Positions 15,053 to 28,230 of a DNA stretch of 64,000 nt are shown here, piece by piece; the stretch's first letter is position 1; every line of letters starts with the position of its first letter. Source of the stretch: Octopus vulgaris (taxonomy: Eukaryota). Below the pieces are notes generated by a model. It was not told the origin of the DNA and made no database searches. It saw nothing but the letters and a program-made list of their open reading frames with translations. Both the position numbers and the translations under genes were made by a program. Location of the stretch: positions 42,842,001 through 42,906,000 of the forward strand of contig OX597828.1 in assembly GCA_951406725.2 (NCBI GenBank). Direction: 5' to 3'.

Positions 15053-15136
15053 GCGGTACGACCGTTTCAAGCAGCTTCATTTAATTGAACAATGCAATCA
15101 TTGCATCAATTTGAATGCAGTGCCATCTTCAGCCTC
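15053..15136 (-). ncRNA. Type I hammerhead motif, inverted partner of 15241-15324
   Basis: Minus strand: gagg|CTGAAGA|tggca...tgctt|GAAA|cggtc|GTA|ccgc. Confidence 0.7.
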
Positions 15137-15240
15137 ACAGTTACAATAGCGTCAACATTAAGTTCTTCCATCTTCTTGCTCTGTTAAAGTATTTGAGAAA
15201 AATTATATTATTGTGTCCCACATTCTATATATTTATTTGT

Positions 15241-15324
15241 GCAGCTGAAGATAGCATCGCATTTAAATTGATGTTATGATTGCATTATTCAATTAAATGG
15301 AGCTGCTTGAAACGTTCGTACTGC
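15241..15324 (+). ncRNA. Type I hammerhead motif with long extended stem II
   Basis: gcag|CTGAAGA|tagca..catttaaattga..tcaattaaatg..tgctt|GAAA|cgttc|GTA|ctgc. Confidence 0.8.
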
Positions 15325-16212
15325 ATTATTACTTAATATCCTGTTGCTTATTTTGATTTCATATATATATGTATGTGTGTGTATGTGTGTGTGTGTTTTC
15401 TTTTGTAGCTTTTGTCGGCCCGGAGCCTTAGTAGAAAACACTTGACCAGGGTGCCATTGAACCCAGAAGCATATGGTTGGGAAGCAAAGTTCTTACCATG
15501 TAGCTACGCCTACGCCAATGACTTCATTAGACAATTGGTTTCCTTTCAACAGTTTCTCACTCTATGGGGTTCGAATCAGTGCAGATTCATCATTAACTTT
15601 CATCATTAACCCGTACTTCAACATCACCACACACACACACACACCACTACGCACACAACCATCATAGCCATCACCACCATTACCACTACGCACTCCTCCC
15701 ACGCTAACGCCACCGCCATCAGCACTAAAACTGACATAATAACGACGACCATCATCACCACCACTGCTAGTACTATCACCTATACCACCACGAACAACAC
15801 TCCTATTGCTACTCCATCACCGACAACAAAACAATAACAACCAACCAACACCGCAACCATCATCACTACCGTATCACTCCACCCCACACAGCCATCACCA
15901 CTACCATCAGAGTACCACCACCACCACTACCACCGCCGCCGCCACCTTCATCGGAATGAATTCTACTACATCTAACCATCAAAGCTACCTCAACATCACA
16001 CCATCGCTATTCTACCACCACACCACCACCACCACCACCACCACCAACATCACTACCAACACCACTACCAATCCAGCCACCACCATCACCATCACCACCA
16101 CCATCATCAACACCACCGCTACCCCCACCACCACTATCACAACTATCACCGTCACAATCACAAACACCACTACCAATCCAGCCACCACCATCACCATCAC
16201 CACCACCAGAAC

Positions 16213-16303
16213 CACCCCCACCCCACCCCACCCCACCCCACCCCACCCCACCCCACCCCACCCCACCCCACCCCACCCACCCCACCCCACCCCACCCCAC
16301 CCC
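16213..16303. repeat. (CCCCA)n pentanucleotide tract
   Basis: Direct reading; (TGGGG)n on minus strand. Confidence 0.9.
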
Positions 16304-16614
16304 ACTACCATCACCAGACCCACCACCACCACCACCACCACAACCACCACCAACAACAACAACAACGACCCCACCACCAATTCTGTGATTCTTCTACTGG
16401 TTTGTTCTCGTTTCTATATCTCCTACCGACGACTCCTTCCCGCGTTTCTCATTAACTTTGGCCTCATTAAGTCGGTCACCGTCGCAGCACTAATTAACAC
16501 TTAAGCTTTCCTTCATATCTCTGAACCCCCACCACCACTACCACCTTCCCCGATACCGAACATTTCCCTCCTACCCTTCATCTTTTTCTCTTCAGATCTT
16601 TTTCCAACCAAATC

Positions 16615-16645
<31 letters not shown>

Positions 16646-17250
16646 CTTCTTCTTCTTCTTCTTCTTCTTCTTCTTCTTCTTCTTCTTCTTCTTCGTCGTC
16701 GTCGTCGTCGTTGTCATTGCCGCGGCCGTCATCTCCTTCCATCACCTTCCCCTCACCTCCTTCTCCTCTCCATCTTTTTTTCTCCTTTTCCTTTCCCTAC
16801 TACCTCGTCTTTTACGTTTCATCTTTGAATCTTTCATCGTTTATTGCCCCCCTCCCACTCCCACCCAATCTACTTCTCTTCTTCTCTTCTCCGCTTTATC
16901 TCTTTCATCTTTGTCTTTCGTATTAGATCATACACACACATTCACACACACACATTCACACACACACATTCACACATACACACATACACATACGTTACAT
17001 ATACAAATAATCACACATGCGCAACATATCCACATTTCCCCATACCTGCCCTTCTTCTTCTTCTTCTTCTTCTTCTTCTTCTTCTTCTTCTTCTTCTTCT
17101 TTTTATTGTTGTTGTTGTTCTTCTTCTACTTCTTCTTCTCCTTCTTCTTCTTCTTCTTCTTCTTCTTCTTCTTCTCCTCCTCCTCCTCCACCTCCTCCTC
17201 CTCCTCCTCCTCCTTCTTCTTCTTCTCATCCTCCTCCTTCTTCCTCCTCC

Positions 17251-17281
<31 letters not shown>

Positions 17282-17418
17282 TCTTCTTCTCCTCCTCCTC
17301 CTCCTCCTCCTCCTTCTTCTTCTTCTTCTTCTTCTTCTCCTTCTTCTTCTCCTTCTTCTTCTTCTCCTCCTCCTCCTCTTCCTTCTTCTTCTTCCTCCTC
17401 CTCCTCATCCCCCTTCTT

Positions 17419-17449
<31 letters not shown>

Positions 17450-17834
17450 CCCCTTCTTCTTCTTCTTCTTCTTCTTCTTCTTCGTCTTCTTCTACTACCT
17501 TCCATTCCTTCGTTTCTTTTGTCTTTTTCCTTTTCCTTCTTCTTCTTCCAAATCTTCACTTATCTTTTTGTTTCATTTCATCTATTTATCTCCTCTCCAT
17601 CTCCCCCATTACCCTCACTCTCTTTTCATACATAATCTCCCCCTCTCTCCGTCTAACTCTTTAAATTATCTAGCTATCTTTCTGTTTGTCTATGTATGTG
17701 TAAACCTATAGGTATACACATACACACACTCTATATACATCCCTCTCTCTCTCTCAGTCTCTCTGTCTCTCATTCTTCCTCCCTCCCTCCTTCCCCCCAT
17801 CTCTCTATATATGTATGTATTTTGTTTTGCTTGT

Positions 17835-18095
17835 TCCTTCTCGAGCCACGCCTGGCTCATGAGGGCCGGTTTCCCGGTTTCCGTGGCGTATAGGTTCCCC
17901 ACCTGGACGGGACACCGGTCCGTCGCAGGTGAACTGCAAGATGTAGGAGGAAAGAGTGAGAGAAAGTTGTGGCGAAAGAGTCAGCAGAATTTCGCCATTA
18001 CCTTCTGTCATACATACATCGCCTTGTCAAAGATTCGAACCCGCGATCCCTCGACCGCGAGTCCGCTACTCTAACCACTAGGCCATGTGCCTCCA
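17835..18095 (-). mobile_element. tRNA-derived SINE
   Basis: Minus strand head GGAGGCACATGGCCTAGTGGTTAGAG...GGGTTCGAATC. Confidence 0.75.
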
Positions 18096-18214
18096 TTTGT
18101 ATGTATATACATAGTCAAATCGAACATTAAAATAATAAATAATAAAATAACAATAGGACGTACACATGAAATGTAATAGCTTGACGCCCAGTAAAGGTGG
18201 GAAAAGCGTGTGTT

Positions 18215-18248
18215 TTTTTACATTTCAAGCATAGCTCTTCGTCAGAAA
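18215..18248 (-). ncRNA. Minimal type I hammerhead motif (slightly decayed) in a PLE-tail-like relic
   Basis: Minus strand: ttt|CTGACGA|agagc-tat-gctt|GAAA|tg|TA|aaa. Confidence 0.65.
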
Positions 18249-19007
18249 GAGGAGAACATGCGCGCGCACGCACAGACACACAGGCACACAGGCACACACG
18301 CACAGTTTATATCCTTGGTAGAACATGGCGTAAAACAATGAGAAAGTGGACGTCATCCAACAGTGCCTATGAAAGCCAGTCACCTGATGACGTGCGAGTA
18401 AGCAGTATTATATTTACATGCTATTTACATAATAAAATACTAACATGCATAATATGTGAAACACTCAGCAACTAATAGCTGTTGCTAAAGCACAGTTGTA
18501 GCAATTCTAGGTGGCAGCACTAACAGTCGCCAGTGAAATTTCCCACGTGAATAATCGGTGACCTATCTCCAATGTCCACTATGTTTTTCACTGTATAGGT
18601 GTACGCAGTTGTCTTCCTTCGCTAAATATGTACGCATCCATACAAGTAATCATCTTGAATGCAGAAAATTCGATTTAAGTTTTTAAAACCTTATGTGAGC
18701 ACATTTTTGTCTTTGTGCAAAATTACGTTGCGCGCGCACAAAACTTTTGTGCGTGCGCACAAACGATCACATTTCAGACAACATTGCTTATCCACTACTT
18801 TCGACATTTTTTTAGCATAAAAGTTTGGGAAAAAATCAAAAAAAAAGAAAAAAAAAGATTAATCTCATTCAGCGGATTTATTTTATTTTTAGATGAAAAC
18901 GTAATCTTAACTTACTTCGGTATCTGCAGATTTAATCAGAAAAAACATGAAAAAATCATGATAGAGTCTCACTTTCTTTTTATCAATGTTTTCCAACTAC
19001 ACATAAT

Positions 19008-19460
19008 CCCTTCTACTATAAGGGACAAGGCCTGAAATTTTTGAGGGGAGGGGAAAGTCGATTACATCGACCCCCCAGTGCTTGACTGGTACTTAATTTA
19101 TCGACCCCGAAAGAATGAAAGGCAAAGTCAACCTCGACGGAATTTGAACTCAGAACGTAGCGAGGGGCGAAATACCTATTTCCTTACTACCCACAAGGGG
19201 CTAAACACAGAGGGGACAAACAAGGACAGACATAGGTATTAAGTCGATTACATCGACCCCAGTGCGTAACTGGTACTTAATTTATCGACTTCGGAAAGGA
19301 TGAAAGGCAAAGTCAACCTCGATGGGATTTGAACTCACAACGTTGCGACGGGCGAAATACCGTTCAGCATTTCGTTCAACGTGCTAACGATTCTTGTTTC
19401 TTTATTGCCCACAAGGGGCCAAGCATAGAGGGTACAAAAAGGGATTAAGTCGATTACATA
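19008..19460 (-). mobile_element. SINE family B multimer
   Basis: Reverse-complement modules. Confidence 0.8.
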
Positions 19461-19969
19461 ACTGTACATAACTCTCTTTCTCCTCCTTCCACCAGTCCTC
19501 CTCCTCTTCTTCCCCTAGTCCTCCTCCTCTTCTTCCCCTAGTCTTCCTCCTCCCCAATCCTCCTTCTCTTCCCCTAGTCCTCCTCCTCCTCCCCAATCCT
19601 CCTCCTCTTCCCCTAGTCCTCCTCCTCCTCCTCCTCCCCAATCCTCCTCCCCCTAGTCCTCCTCCTCCTCCCCAATCCTCCTCCCCCAGTCCTCCTCCTC
19701 CTCCTCCCCTTCACCTAATTCTCCTCCTGATTCTCCTCCCCCTTCTCCTTCTTCTCCCCCGTCTCCTTCTTCTCCTCCTCATTTAAGGTCTGTTTTCCGT
19801 GTTGGTACGAGTACGACGCTTCGACAGGAGCTGGCGAACCGGAGAGCAGCACCAGGCTCCATTTGTCTGCTTTGGCATGGTTTCTACAGCTCGATGCCCT
19901 TCCTAACGCTAACTTTACATTGAAGAAAAAAAAAACAACCAAAAATGCTATCACTCGATTATAATGTTA

Positions 19970-20267
19970 CTAGCAGTATCGCCCGGCGTTGCTCGGGTTT
20001 GTTAGGGAAATAACTATATAAGCATTTTTAGAGAGTTACTTCCCTTATATAATAGCAAAAAATGCATTAAAAATGGGAAAAAATGATGGTTATTTATGTT
20101 TTAAATCGTAGACTCATCGTAGACGCGCGCTAATACCCAGAAGGGCTCGATATGAATCACGACTATAAGATACCCGCTTTTGGTTAAACTGCACCGCAAA
20201 ATGTGGGAGTAGTTATGAATCTAAATCGTAGGAGACAGACACACAACTTCACTTTTATATATAAAGA
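19970..20267 (-). mobile_element. Non-autonomous Helitron (~298 bp)
   Basis: Minus strand begins A|TCTTTATATATAAAAG and ends CCCGAGCAACGCCGGGCGATACTGCTAG|T (GC hairpin, CTAG end, A/T insertion site). Confidence 0.85.
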
Positions 20268-20880
20268 TAAACGACGAATCTACATATTACAATATCGTCG
20301 TTATAACAATGTATATATGTTCTCAGGAAACTGTCATCGATTTCATGAGTCCTCGCAATTACATAAATATTAGAATCGTCTGAAACTCCTATGCCTCTTG
20401 ATGTGTGACATAATTATCAACATGCACGTATCAATTCATTTGTTTGTTAACGTCCTTGTTGCCTTGCTTCGTGCTATTTTCTCAAATGCAAAAGACTATG
20501 GAACAAGGAGAGAGTGCATTAGACTAGCGCGGAATGATTGTATGAGAGGAACGACATCGATAAGATCATAGACTGTGACGAAAGGACTTTGTCAAGCAAA
20601 TTAAAATAATTGACTAATTAGCTGTTTATTTAATTAAAAAAATGAAAGAGAAGTGAACTGCAAATGGTGCGTCAATGTTTCTTTTGAAATAGCAACGCTC
20701 CCAAAGTACAAAAATATCTGTTCAAACATACGAGTTCACATCGATAATTTTGGAAATCGAATACAAAGACTGACACATATATCAGCATATATTAAAATAT
20801 AAGCACAAACACGAATACATATATATGTTTGTGTATTTGTGGGGGTGAGTTTGTGTGTGTGTATATATGCGTGCAACGGA

Positions 20881-21568
20881 AGGCAGCGAGCTGGCAGAAA
20901 CGTTAGCACGCCGGGCGAAATGCTTTGCGGTATTTCGTCTGCCGTTACGTTCTGAGTTCAAATTCCGCCGAAGTCGACTTTGCCTTTCATCTTTTCGGAG
21001 TCGATAAATTAAGTACCAGTTAGGCACTGGGGTCAATGTAATCGATTTAATCCGTTTGTCTGTCCTTGTTTGGCCTCTCTGTGTTTAGCCCCTTGTGGGT
21101 AGTAAAGAAATAGGTATTTCGTTCTGAGTTCAAATTCCGTCGAAGACGGCTTTGCCTTTCATCCTTTCGGGGTCGATAAATTAATTACCAGTTACACACT
21201 GGGGTTGATGTAATCGGCTTAACCCCTTTGTCTGTCCTTGTTTGTCCCCTCTATGTTTAGCCCCTTGTAGGCAATAAAAGAAATAAGAAACTTTAGCACG
21301 CCGGGCGGTATTTCGTCTGCCGTTACGTTCTGAGTTCAAATTCCGCCGAGGTCGACTTTGCCTTTTATCTTTTCGGGGTCGATAAATTAAGTACCAGTTA
21401 CGCAGTGGTGTCGATGTAATCGACTTAATCCGTTTGTCTGTCCTTGTTTGTCCCTTCTGTGTTTAGCTCCTTGTGGGTAGTGAAGAAATAGGTATTTCGT
21501 CTGCCGTTACGTTCTGAATCCCTTTGTCCTTGCTTGTCCCCTCTGTTTAGCCCCTTGTGGGCAATAAA
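20881..21568 (+). mobile_element. SINE family B tandem multimer
   Basis: At least three repeated modules of the same sequence. Confidence 0.85.
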
Positions 21569-22245
21569 TCTACCATACACACACAAGTATGTATGCATGT
21601 ATGTATACATACATTTGTCTTTTTTCAGTTTTCGTTTACCTAATCTACTGACGAGGCTTTGGTCGGCCCGAGGCTGCAGTAGAAGGCACTTGGTCAAGGT
21701 ACTACGCAGTGGGACTGAAGCCGGAACCATGTGATTGAGATGCAAGCTTTTTACCACACGGCCACAACTGCGCCTATCATACATATGCGTGTGTGTGTGT
21801 GTGTAAACAAGTCACTAATCAGAGTCTAAGGGTCTAAAGAAACGAATGTGTCTGTGGGTGTTGGGAGGGGCGGGGAGGCTGGTCGCGTGTTACATCGTCA
21901 AATTTTGTATCGTGAATCTTTTGGACTTCTCAAATGTTCAGAATCTTTTTCTCCGTCTGACACAAAATTTACACAAACTCAACAAACTTGCCCTTAACAC
22001 ACCGCAACTGTGATACTTCGGAGATGCTTAATGCACTTAAGTTGACTTATGACCTAACTAGGTCACATTCGCGTTCCTTCGTCTACTTAGAGTTGTGTAG
22101 TCTCTACAAATGTTATGACACAGGAATTCATTTTAATCAGCGCTAAATATACATTCATACATGCAAACACACTCATATATATATATATATATATATTTAT
22201 ACATACATGTATAAATATGTATAAATATATATGTATATATATATG

Positions 22246-22295
<50 letters not shown>

Positions 22296-22382
22296 TATAC
22301 ATACATATATATATATACATATATATATACATATATATTTATACATATATATATATACATATGTATATATATATATATATCC

Positions 22383-22441
<59 letters not shown>

Positions 22442-23346
22442 ACTTATAAACAAAGGCAATAGAAAAATTATTTCAATGCCAATATGCTGAGAACAGACTT
22501 TAAATCGTAAATTTCCACATTTATAATATACATTTACTACAGATACACGTCGTGCTGAAATCGAGGAAAGCGAGCCAACAAAAATCTTTTAAAAAGTTCA
22601 TTATTTCTATATTGAATCAATTTCGGGATTAATTCTATGGATTTTTCCCTCTTCAGTAGAAAATACGATAAGAAATAAATGAAATACTTACATGCACCCC
22701 TAGATAAAAGCGAAAGCAAGAACCATGTGTACACATAAGTGTCCCAGATATATCTAAATGTAAAATCCTTTATATATATGTTTGTATGCATATGTAGATT
22801 TGGTGATCCAAAAAAGAAAATGGAACTCAAAACATGAGTATAAGTATATACATTTTATTATCATTAATAATCAGGAAAAGTTAAAGATTAGTTTCAGGGC
22901 CAAAATTCTCGGTCTTCGAGAATTGTGACACTCTGAAACTACAGCCGATTATCAATAGTTTATATGTACACGCACGCACGCACGCACGCACGCACGCACA
23001 CATACACACATGCATCGGGTTTCCGTACAGTTTGCGGTTACCAAATTCACTTGTAAGACCTTGTTCGGCTCAGGGAGTGTATTAGACCCTTGTTCAAGGT
23101 GGAACTGAACCTGAAACCAAGCGGTTGCATAAGGAGTTTCTCGATCACTGAGCCCTGCTTCGTATTTATTATCACGTGCCAACACTGAATAAGAAAGAAT
23201 CCCATTGGCTGTGGCTTGCTTCCCAGCCACATGGCTCCAGGTTCGATACACTGCGTGGCACCTTAGGCAAATGTTTCTGTTATAGGTTCGAGCCGACCAA
23301 AGCATTGTGAGTAGATGTGGTAGACGGAAACTGAAAGAAGCCCGTC

Positions 23347-23396
<50 letters not shown>

Positions 23397-23693
23397 TTTA
23401 TTTAATAGCAGCAGAAATTCAACAAAACCTGTTACTCGGAGTTTCACGTTCCCGTTCAGGTTTTGTTGAATTTCTGCTGCTTTTAGATAAAGCATATTAC
23501 TCCACCCTTGGCATTTGAGTACTCTTTTTTCTACCTTGTTTCACATTTATGTGTTTACTGCGGTATATAAATACATATATAGATCATACATATACATATA
23601 TAGATCAAAACAGTTTGATTCAAATTCGTTGGTACTCTTGAGTTTCAAGCGTGATGTTGGCCGTCAGCCATTTTGAATTTGAATTCAAATTCA

Positions 23694-23740
23694 AAATGGC
23701 TGACGACTGGTATCACGCTTGAAACTCTGGAGTACCATTT
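23694..23740 (+). ncRNA. Type I hammerhead motif in a palindrome; mirror copy on minus strand ~23630-23673
   Basis: aaatgg|CTGACGA|ctggtatcacgctt|GAAA|ctctgga|GTA|ccattt; stem I 6 bp, stem III actc/gagt; stem II weak (decayed). Confidence 0.7.
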
Positions 23741-23982
23741 GTATTGATCCATACATATAACTCCCAGTAAATTGGTTGAACGCCCTTCTAACGTTTGTCC
23801 CCCCACTTGTATATATACATATATATATATATGTGTGTGTGTGTATGTGTGTCTGTGTGTTTGTGTTTGTGACTGCGTTTGTCAAGCAACACCGTTTGAC
23901 AACCGAGGCTGCTCTGTTTGCGTTCCTATGTCGTAGCAGCTCAGCCAAAGTGACCGTTAGAATAGATATCAGGCTTACAAAA

Positions 23983-24013
<31 letters not shown>

Positions 24014-24412
24014 AAAGATACTGCAGTTGATTCATTCGACTAAAACAAATTGTCTAAGGTGGTGCTCCGGCATGGCCACAATCTAATGATTGACACAAGT
24101 AAAAGAGTAAAAGAGAAAAAGATACTACCGATCAGAGTTAACGTAACAAGAGTCTATTCAATCAGCTGTTCAGGTTAATGTCATTAATATAAACAATTAA
24201 TTATTACAAATGATTAATTATTAATCCTAACTTTTTATAGTATGACATCATTAGTTGCACGCTTAATTTAGCATGATCATTCGTAAATCGTACAGAAACA
24301 TTTTGCCAACAATACCATGAATTTTACACACGCACACACACACACACATACACACACACAATAAGTGATATGTGTATTCAAATACATGCATGCAAGCATA
24401 CATACATATAAG

Positions 24413-24451
<39 letters not shown>

Positions 24452-24453
24452 GC

Positions 24454-24497
<44 letters not shown>

Positions 24498-24498
24498 G

Positions 24499-24539
<41 letters not shown>

Positions 24540-24802
24540 ATAGGGTTGGTATTATTATAACACCATCACAAGTGGTAAGCGAATCATTAGCCGTACAGGC
24601 AAATTAATAAAATATATACATACAAGATTAGATATGTACATATATATATACAGGAGGGTACTACGTGAGTACCTATATCGCTAGTGATAGAAGTCAAACA
24701 ATACTTCTGTACCACCGAATAGTCACAAATCCATTACAGAAAATATAGGAAAAAATATCAGTAATGGATTTGTGACTATTCGGTGGTACAGAAATATATT
24801 TG

Positions 24803-24883
<81 letters not shown>

Positions 24884-25221
24884 ATAAGTAGTGGACTATA
24901 ACACAGTAATTTTCCTTTGTATAACGGTCTTTTTTCATAGCGCTTTTCAGATGGCCAGATAACCAGAGAGATGGTGGTGTGGATTTCTACCTCGGCATCC
25001 GAAACTCAGAGTTTTAACATTGCTACCGAATAATTGTCACATATTATTTTACAGATAAATTTCCTGAGGTCCCTTTCTTTCTTTTGTTATCTTACCGTTT
25101 TTACCACAATATATGTATATATATATATATATATTATATGTAGAAAAATACAAACAGGGACAAGAACGTAAAACATTTAGGAGACGATACAAAAAACACG
25201 GACGGGACTTTCGAAGCCTTC

Positions 25222-25544
25222 TTGTTTGTTTCAGTCATTTGACCACGGCCTTAGTACTTATTCTATCTTTCACTTTTGCCGAACCGCTAAGTTACGGAGA
25301 CATAAACACACCAACATCAGTTATCGAGCGATGGTGGGGAGACAAACACAGACACACAAATACACACACACACATATATACGACGGGCTTCTTTCAGTTT
25401 TCGCCTACCAAATCCACTCACAAAGCTTTGTCAGACCAAGGCTATAGTAGAAGACAATTGACCAAGGTGCCACGCAGTGGGACTGAACCCGGAACCATGT
25501 GGCTGGTAAGCAAGCTACTTACCACACAGCCACTCCTGCGCCTG
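25222..25544 (-). mobile_element. SINE family A (internally deleted)
   Basis: Reverse-complement match to head and tail. Confidence 0.8.
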
Positions 25545-25545
25545 T

Positions 25546-25587
<42 letters not shown>

Positions 25588-25840
25588 TTGATACTGACTT
25601 CGATGTTTCGGCCAGATAATCCATCATCCGACTGTGATCCTTTAAAGCTAATCTTGGCTTTACATAGCATCTGCTGAGATGAGATTTTCCTGAGGTTTGT
25701 GGCGTTCAACGAAATCGATCACAACGCCAGCTCATCATCATCCACCCTTCGACCTAATTGCCATTGAACTGAACCACACAAATCCGATAAGATTTCTATC
25801 TCAACATGGACAATATAAAGTCAAGATTAACTTAATGCCC

Positions 25841-25890
25841 CACAGTTCGATGATGGCTCAGCTGGCCGAAATTTCGAAGTCACTATCAAT
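25841..25890 (+). ncRNA. Decayed type I hammerhead motif; inverted partner 25587-25636; related copy 29872-29920
   Basis: agt|TCGATGA|tggc-tcagctg-gcc|GAAA|tttcgaa|GTC|act. Confidence 0.6.
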
Positions 25891-25920
25891 ATTATTCTAG
25901 TTAAAGAATAATAAATTTGT

Positions 25921-26150
25921 AGTATTTATGCCCACTTAAATGTGAATGTTCTGTGAGAACAAGCTACACTGCGGTAGATAGCGCGAGAGAAACTCTCATA
26001 TTGGTTTTTTGTGCAAGGTACACTCCACTAGCGATATAACCAAGAGTGCCTTTTGTACCAAAAGTCGATATGTGTGTTTCTCTCGTGATATCTACCGCAG
26101 TATAGTTTGTTCTAAGAGAACATCCACGTTTAAATGGGGATTAATATTAC
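25921..26150. mobile_element. Foldback/MITE-like imperfect palindrome (~230 bp)
   Basis: Arms pair nearly end to end, e.g. ACTGCGGTAGATA / TATCTACCGCAGT and GAGAGAAAC / GTTTCTCTC. Confidence 0.7.
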
Positions 26151-26187
26151 ATTCCTCTATCGCTCAAATCTATTACCTTTTTTAAAA

Positions 26188-26572
26188 TTTACTTGTCTCA
26201 GTCATTAGACTGCGGCCATGCTGTGGCACCATCTGGAATTTCATTTTGTTTTTAGTGGAGTGAATCTACCCAGTACTTCTTTTTAAAAGCCTATTACTTG
26301 TTTTATCGGTCTCTTTTGCCAAACCGCTAAGTTACAGGGATGCAAACACACCAACACCGGTTGTCAAGTGGTGGTGAGGGGACAAACACAGACACAAGGG
26401 CAAATACACACACACATTCACACAAGTACGACGGGCTTTTTTCAGTTTCCGTCTACCGAATCTACTCACAAGGCTTTGGTCGGCCCGAGGATATTGTAGA
26501 AAACGTTGTCTCACAGTGGGACTGAACCCGGAACTATGTGGTTGAGAAGCAAGCTTCTTACCACACAGCCAC
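26188..26572 (-). mobile_element. SINE family A
   Basis: Reverse-complement match. Confidence 0.8.
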
Positions 26573-27347
26573 AATATAGTTTTGATAAGTATGTACTGGA
26601 CAAAAGTATGGAGTAACCTTTCCTATTTTTGTAATATTGTTATTATAACTAAACATGAACTTAATCATCGTCAGTACGTTGGGTAAAAAGCTTAGCGGCA
26701 TTTCGTCCGTCTTTACGTTCTGAGTTCAAATTCCGCCAAGACTGACTTTGCCTTTCATCCACTCGAGATCGATAAAATAAGTACCAGTAGTGTGCTGGGG
26801 GCGATGTAATCGACTTGCCCTCTCCCTCGGAATTACTGGTCTTGTGCCAAAAATTTTAAACCATTCTTAAAATATATTCCTTTGCTCAAACGTGTTCTAA
26901 TTTCGTAAAAAAGCGCTTAGCATTTTCTCTAACGCTGGGTACACAAATAAGAAAGTTCGAGTTTAAATTCAACGCGGAATGATAGCTGAGAAAACTCGCA
27001 CCTCAAGGCTGTACACTCCCAAGTGGGTCAGAACAGAAAGAATTTCACCAGCTGCGTTCACGCTTGTATTCATAACACATAACCTCAAATTCAAACATAA
27101 ACCCTGTTAATACAGAACTAAGGTGAGGTGAGCAATTAATCTATGATAGGAATTTTCCAAAAATGAATTAAATATTTACGGTTATAGAATGGTTATGGAA
27201 CCAATGAACTACAACGAATCGTGAACTAACTTTCCCATGTGTAGAATTTCTTTCATTGAAAATGTCAGCCAGCAAATGTCGAATTTTAATAATTGATCTT
27301 GTTACATTTATTTATTTATTTTATTTATTTATTTATTGTTGTTGTTG

Positions 27348-27466
<119 letters not shown>

Positions 27467-27691
27467 TAATTTCGGAATTAAAATAATGTTGCAAGCTTTC
27501 ATAATTCATGATGTTAATTTAATTAAATTGTGAATGAAAAGCGGTTTCGGATAGAGTGGAATATGAAGTCCCCCCGCTCATCACTTTTGCTCTCTTTACC
27601 TCTTTCTGTCTGTTTGCTTCTCTCTCTCTCTCTTCCTTTCTCTCTGTTTCGCATTTGCCCTGTTTTTCGCTCTCTTTCTCTTTCTTTCTTT

Positions 27692-27737
<46 letters not shown>

Positions 27738-27873
27738 TCTTTATTTCCCTCCTCCCAGCACCACCACACTGGGGAAAATTAGCTAGTAGTTACTTGGTAA
27801 ATCATCCCATATCACATCAGTCTATAAATAGGGAAGGTTCACACACACACATAAATATATATCTGTGTGGTTG

Positions 27874-27919
<46 letters not shown>

Positions 27920-28002
27920 CATATTTAAACATTTTTTTACATACATACACATTTATATATATGTATGTGTGTGTGCATATATATATGTATAGGCATGCAT
28001 AA

Positions 28003-28058
<56 letters not shown>

Positions 28059-28059
28059 G

Positions 28060-28111
<52 letters not shown>

Positions 28112-28173
28112 ATGTATGTATGTATGTATATATATAAATATATGTATAAATATATTTATATATTTATTCTTAT

Positions 28174-28230
<57 letters not shown>

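Noticed and set aside
18040-18095. tRNA gene
   Set aside because: tRNA-like head continues into a SINE body; no complete cloverleaf or terminator.
18378-18472. CTGATGA ... GAAACACTC, possible long hammerhead
   Set aside because: Stems I-III do not pair convincingly; at best a heavily decayed relic.
21648-21672. CTGACGA followed by GGC..GCC stem, hammerhead-like
   Set aside because: Lies in a SINE-A copy where other copies read CTCACAA; no GAAA or stem III.
24958-25020. gatg..catc-cGAAACTCAGAGT, hammerhead-like 3' half with T-rich tail
   Set aside because: 5' core unreadable; consistent with the PLE-tail class but not callable alone.
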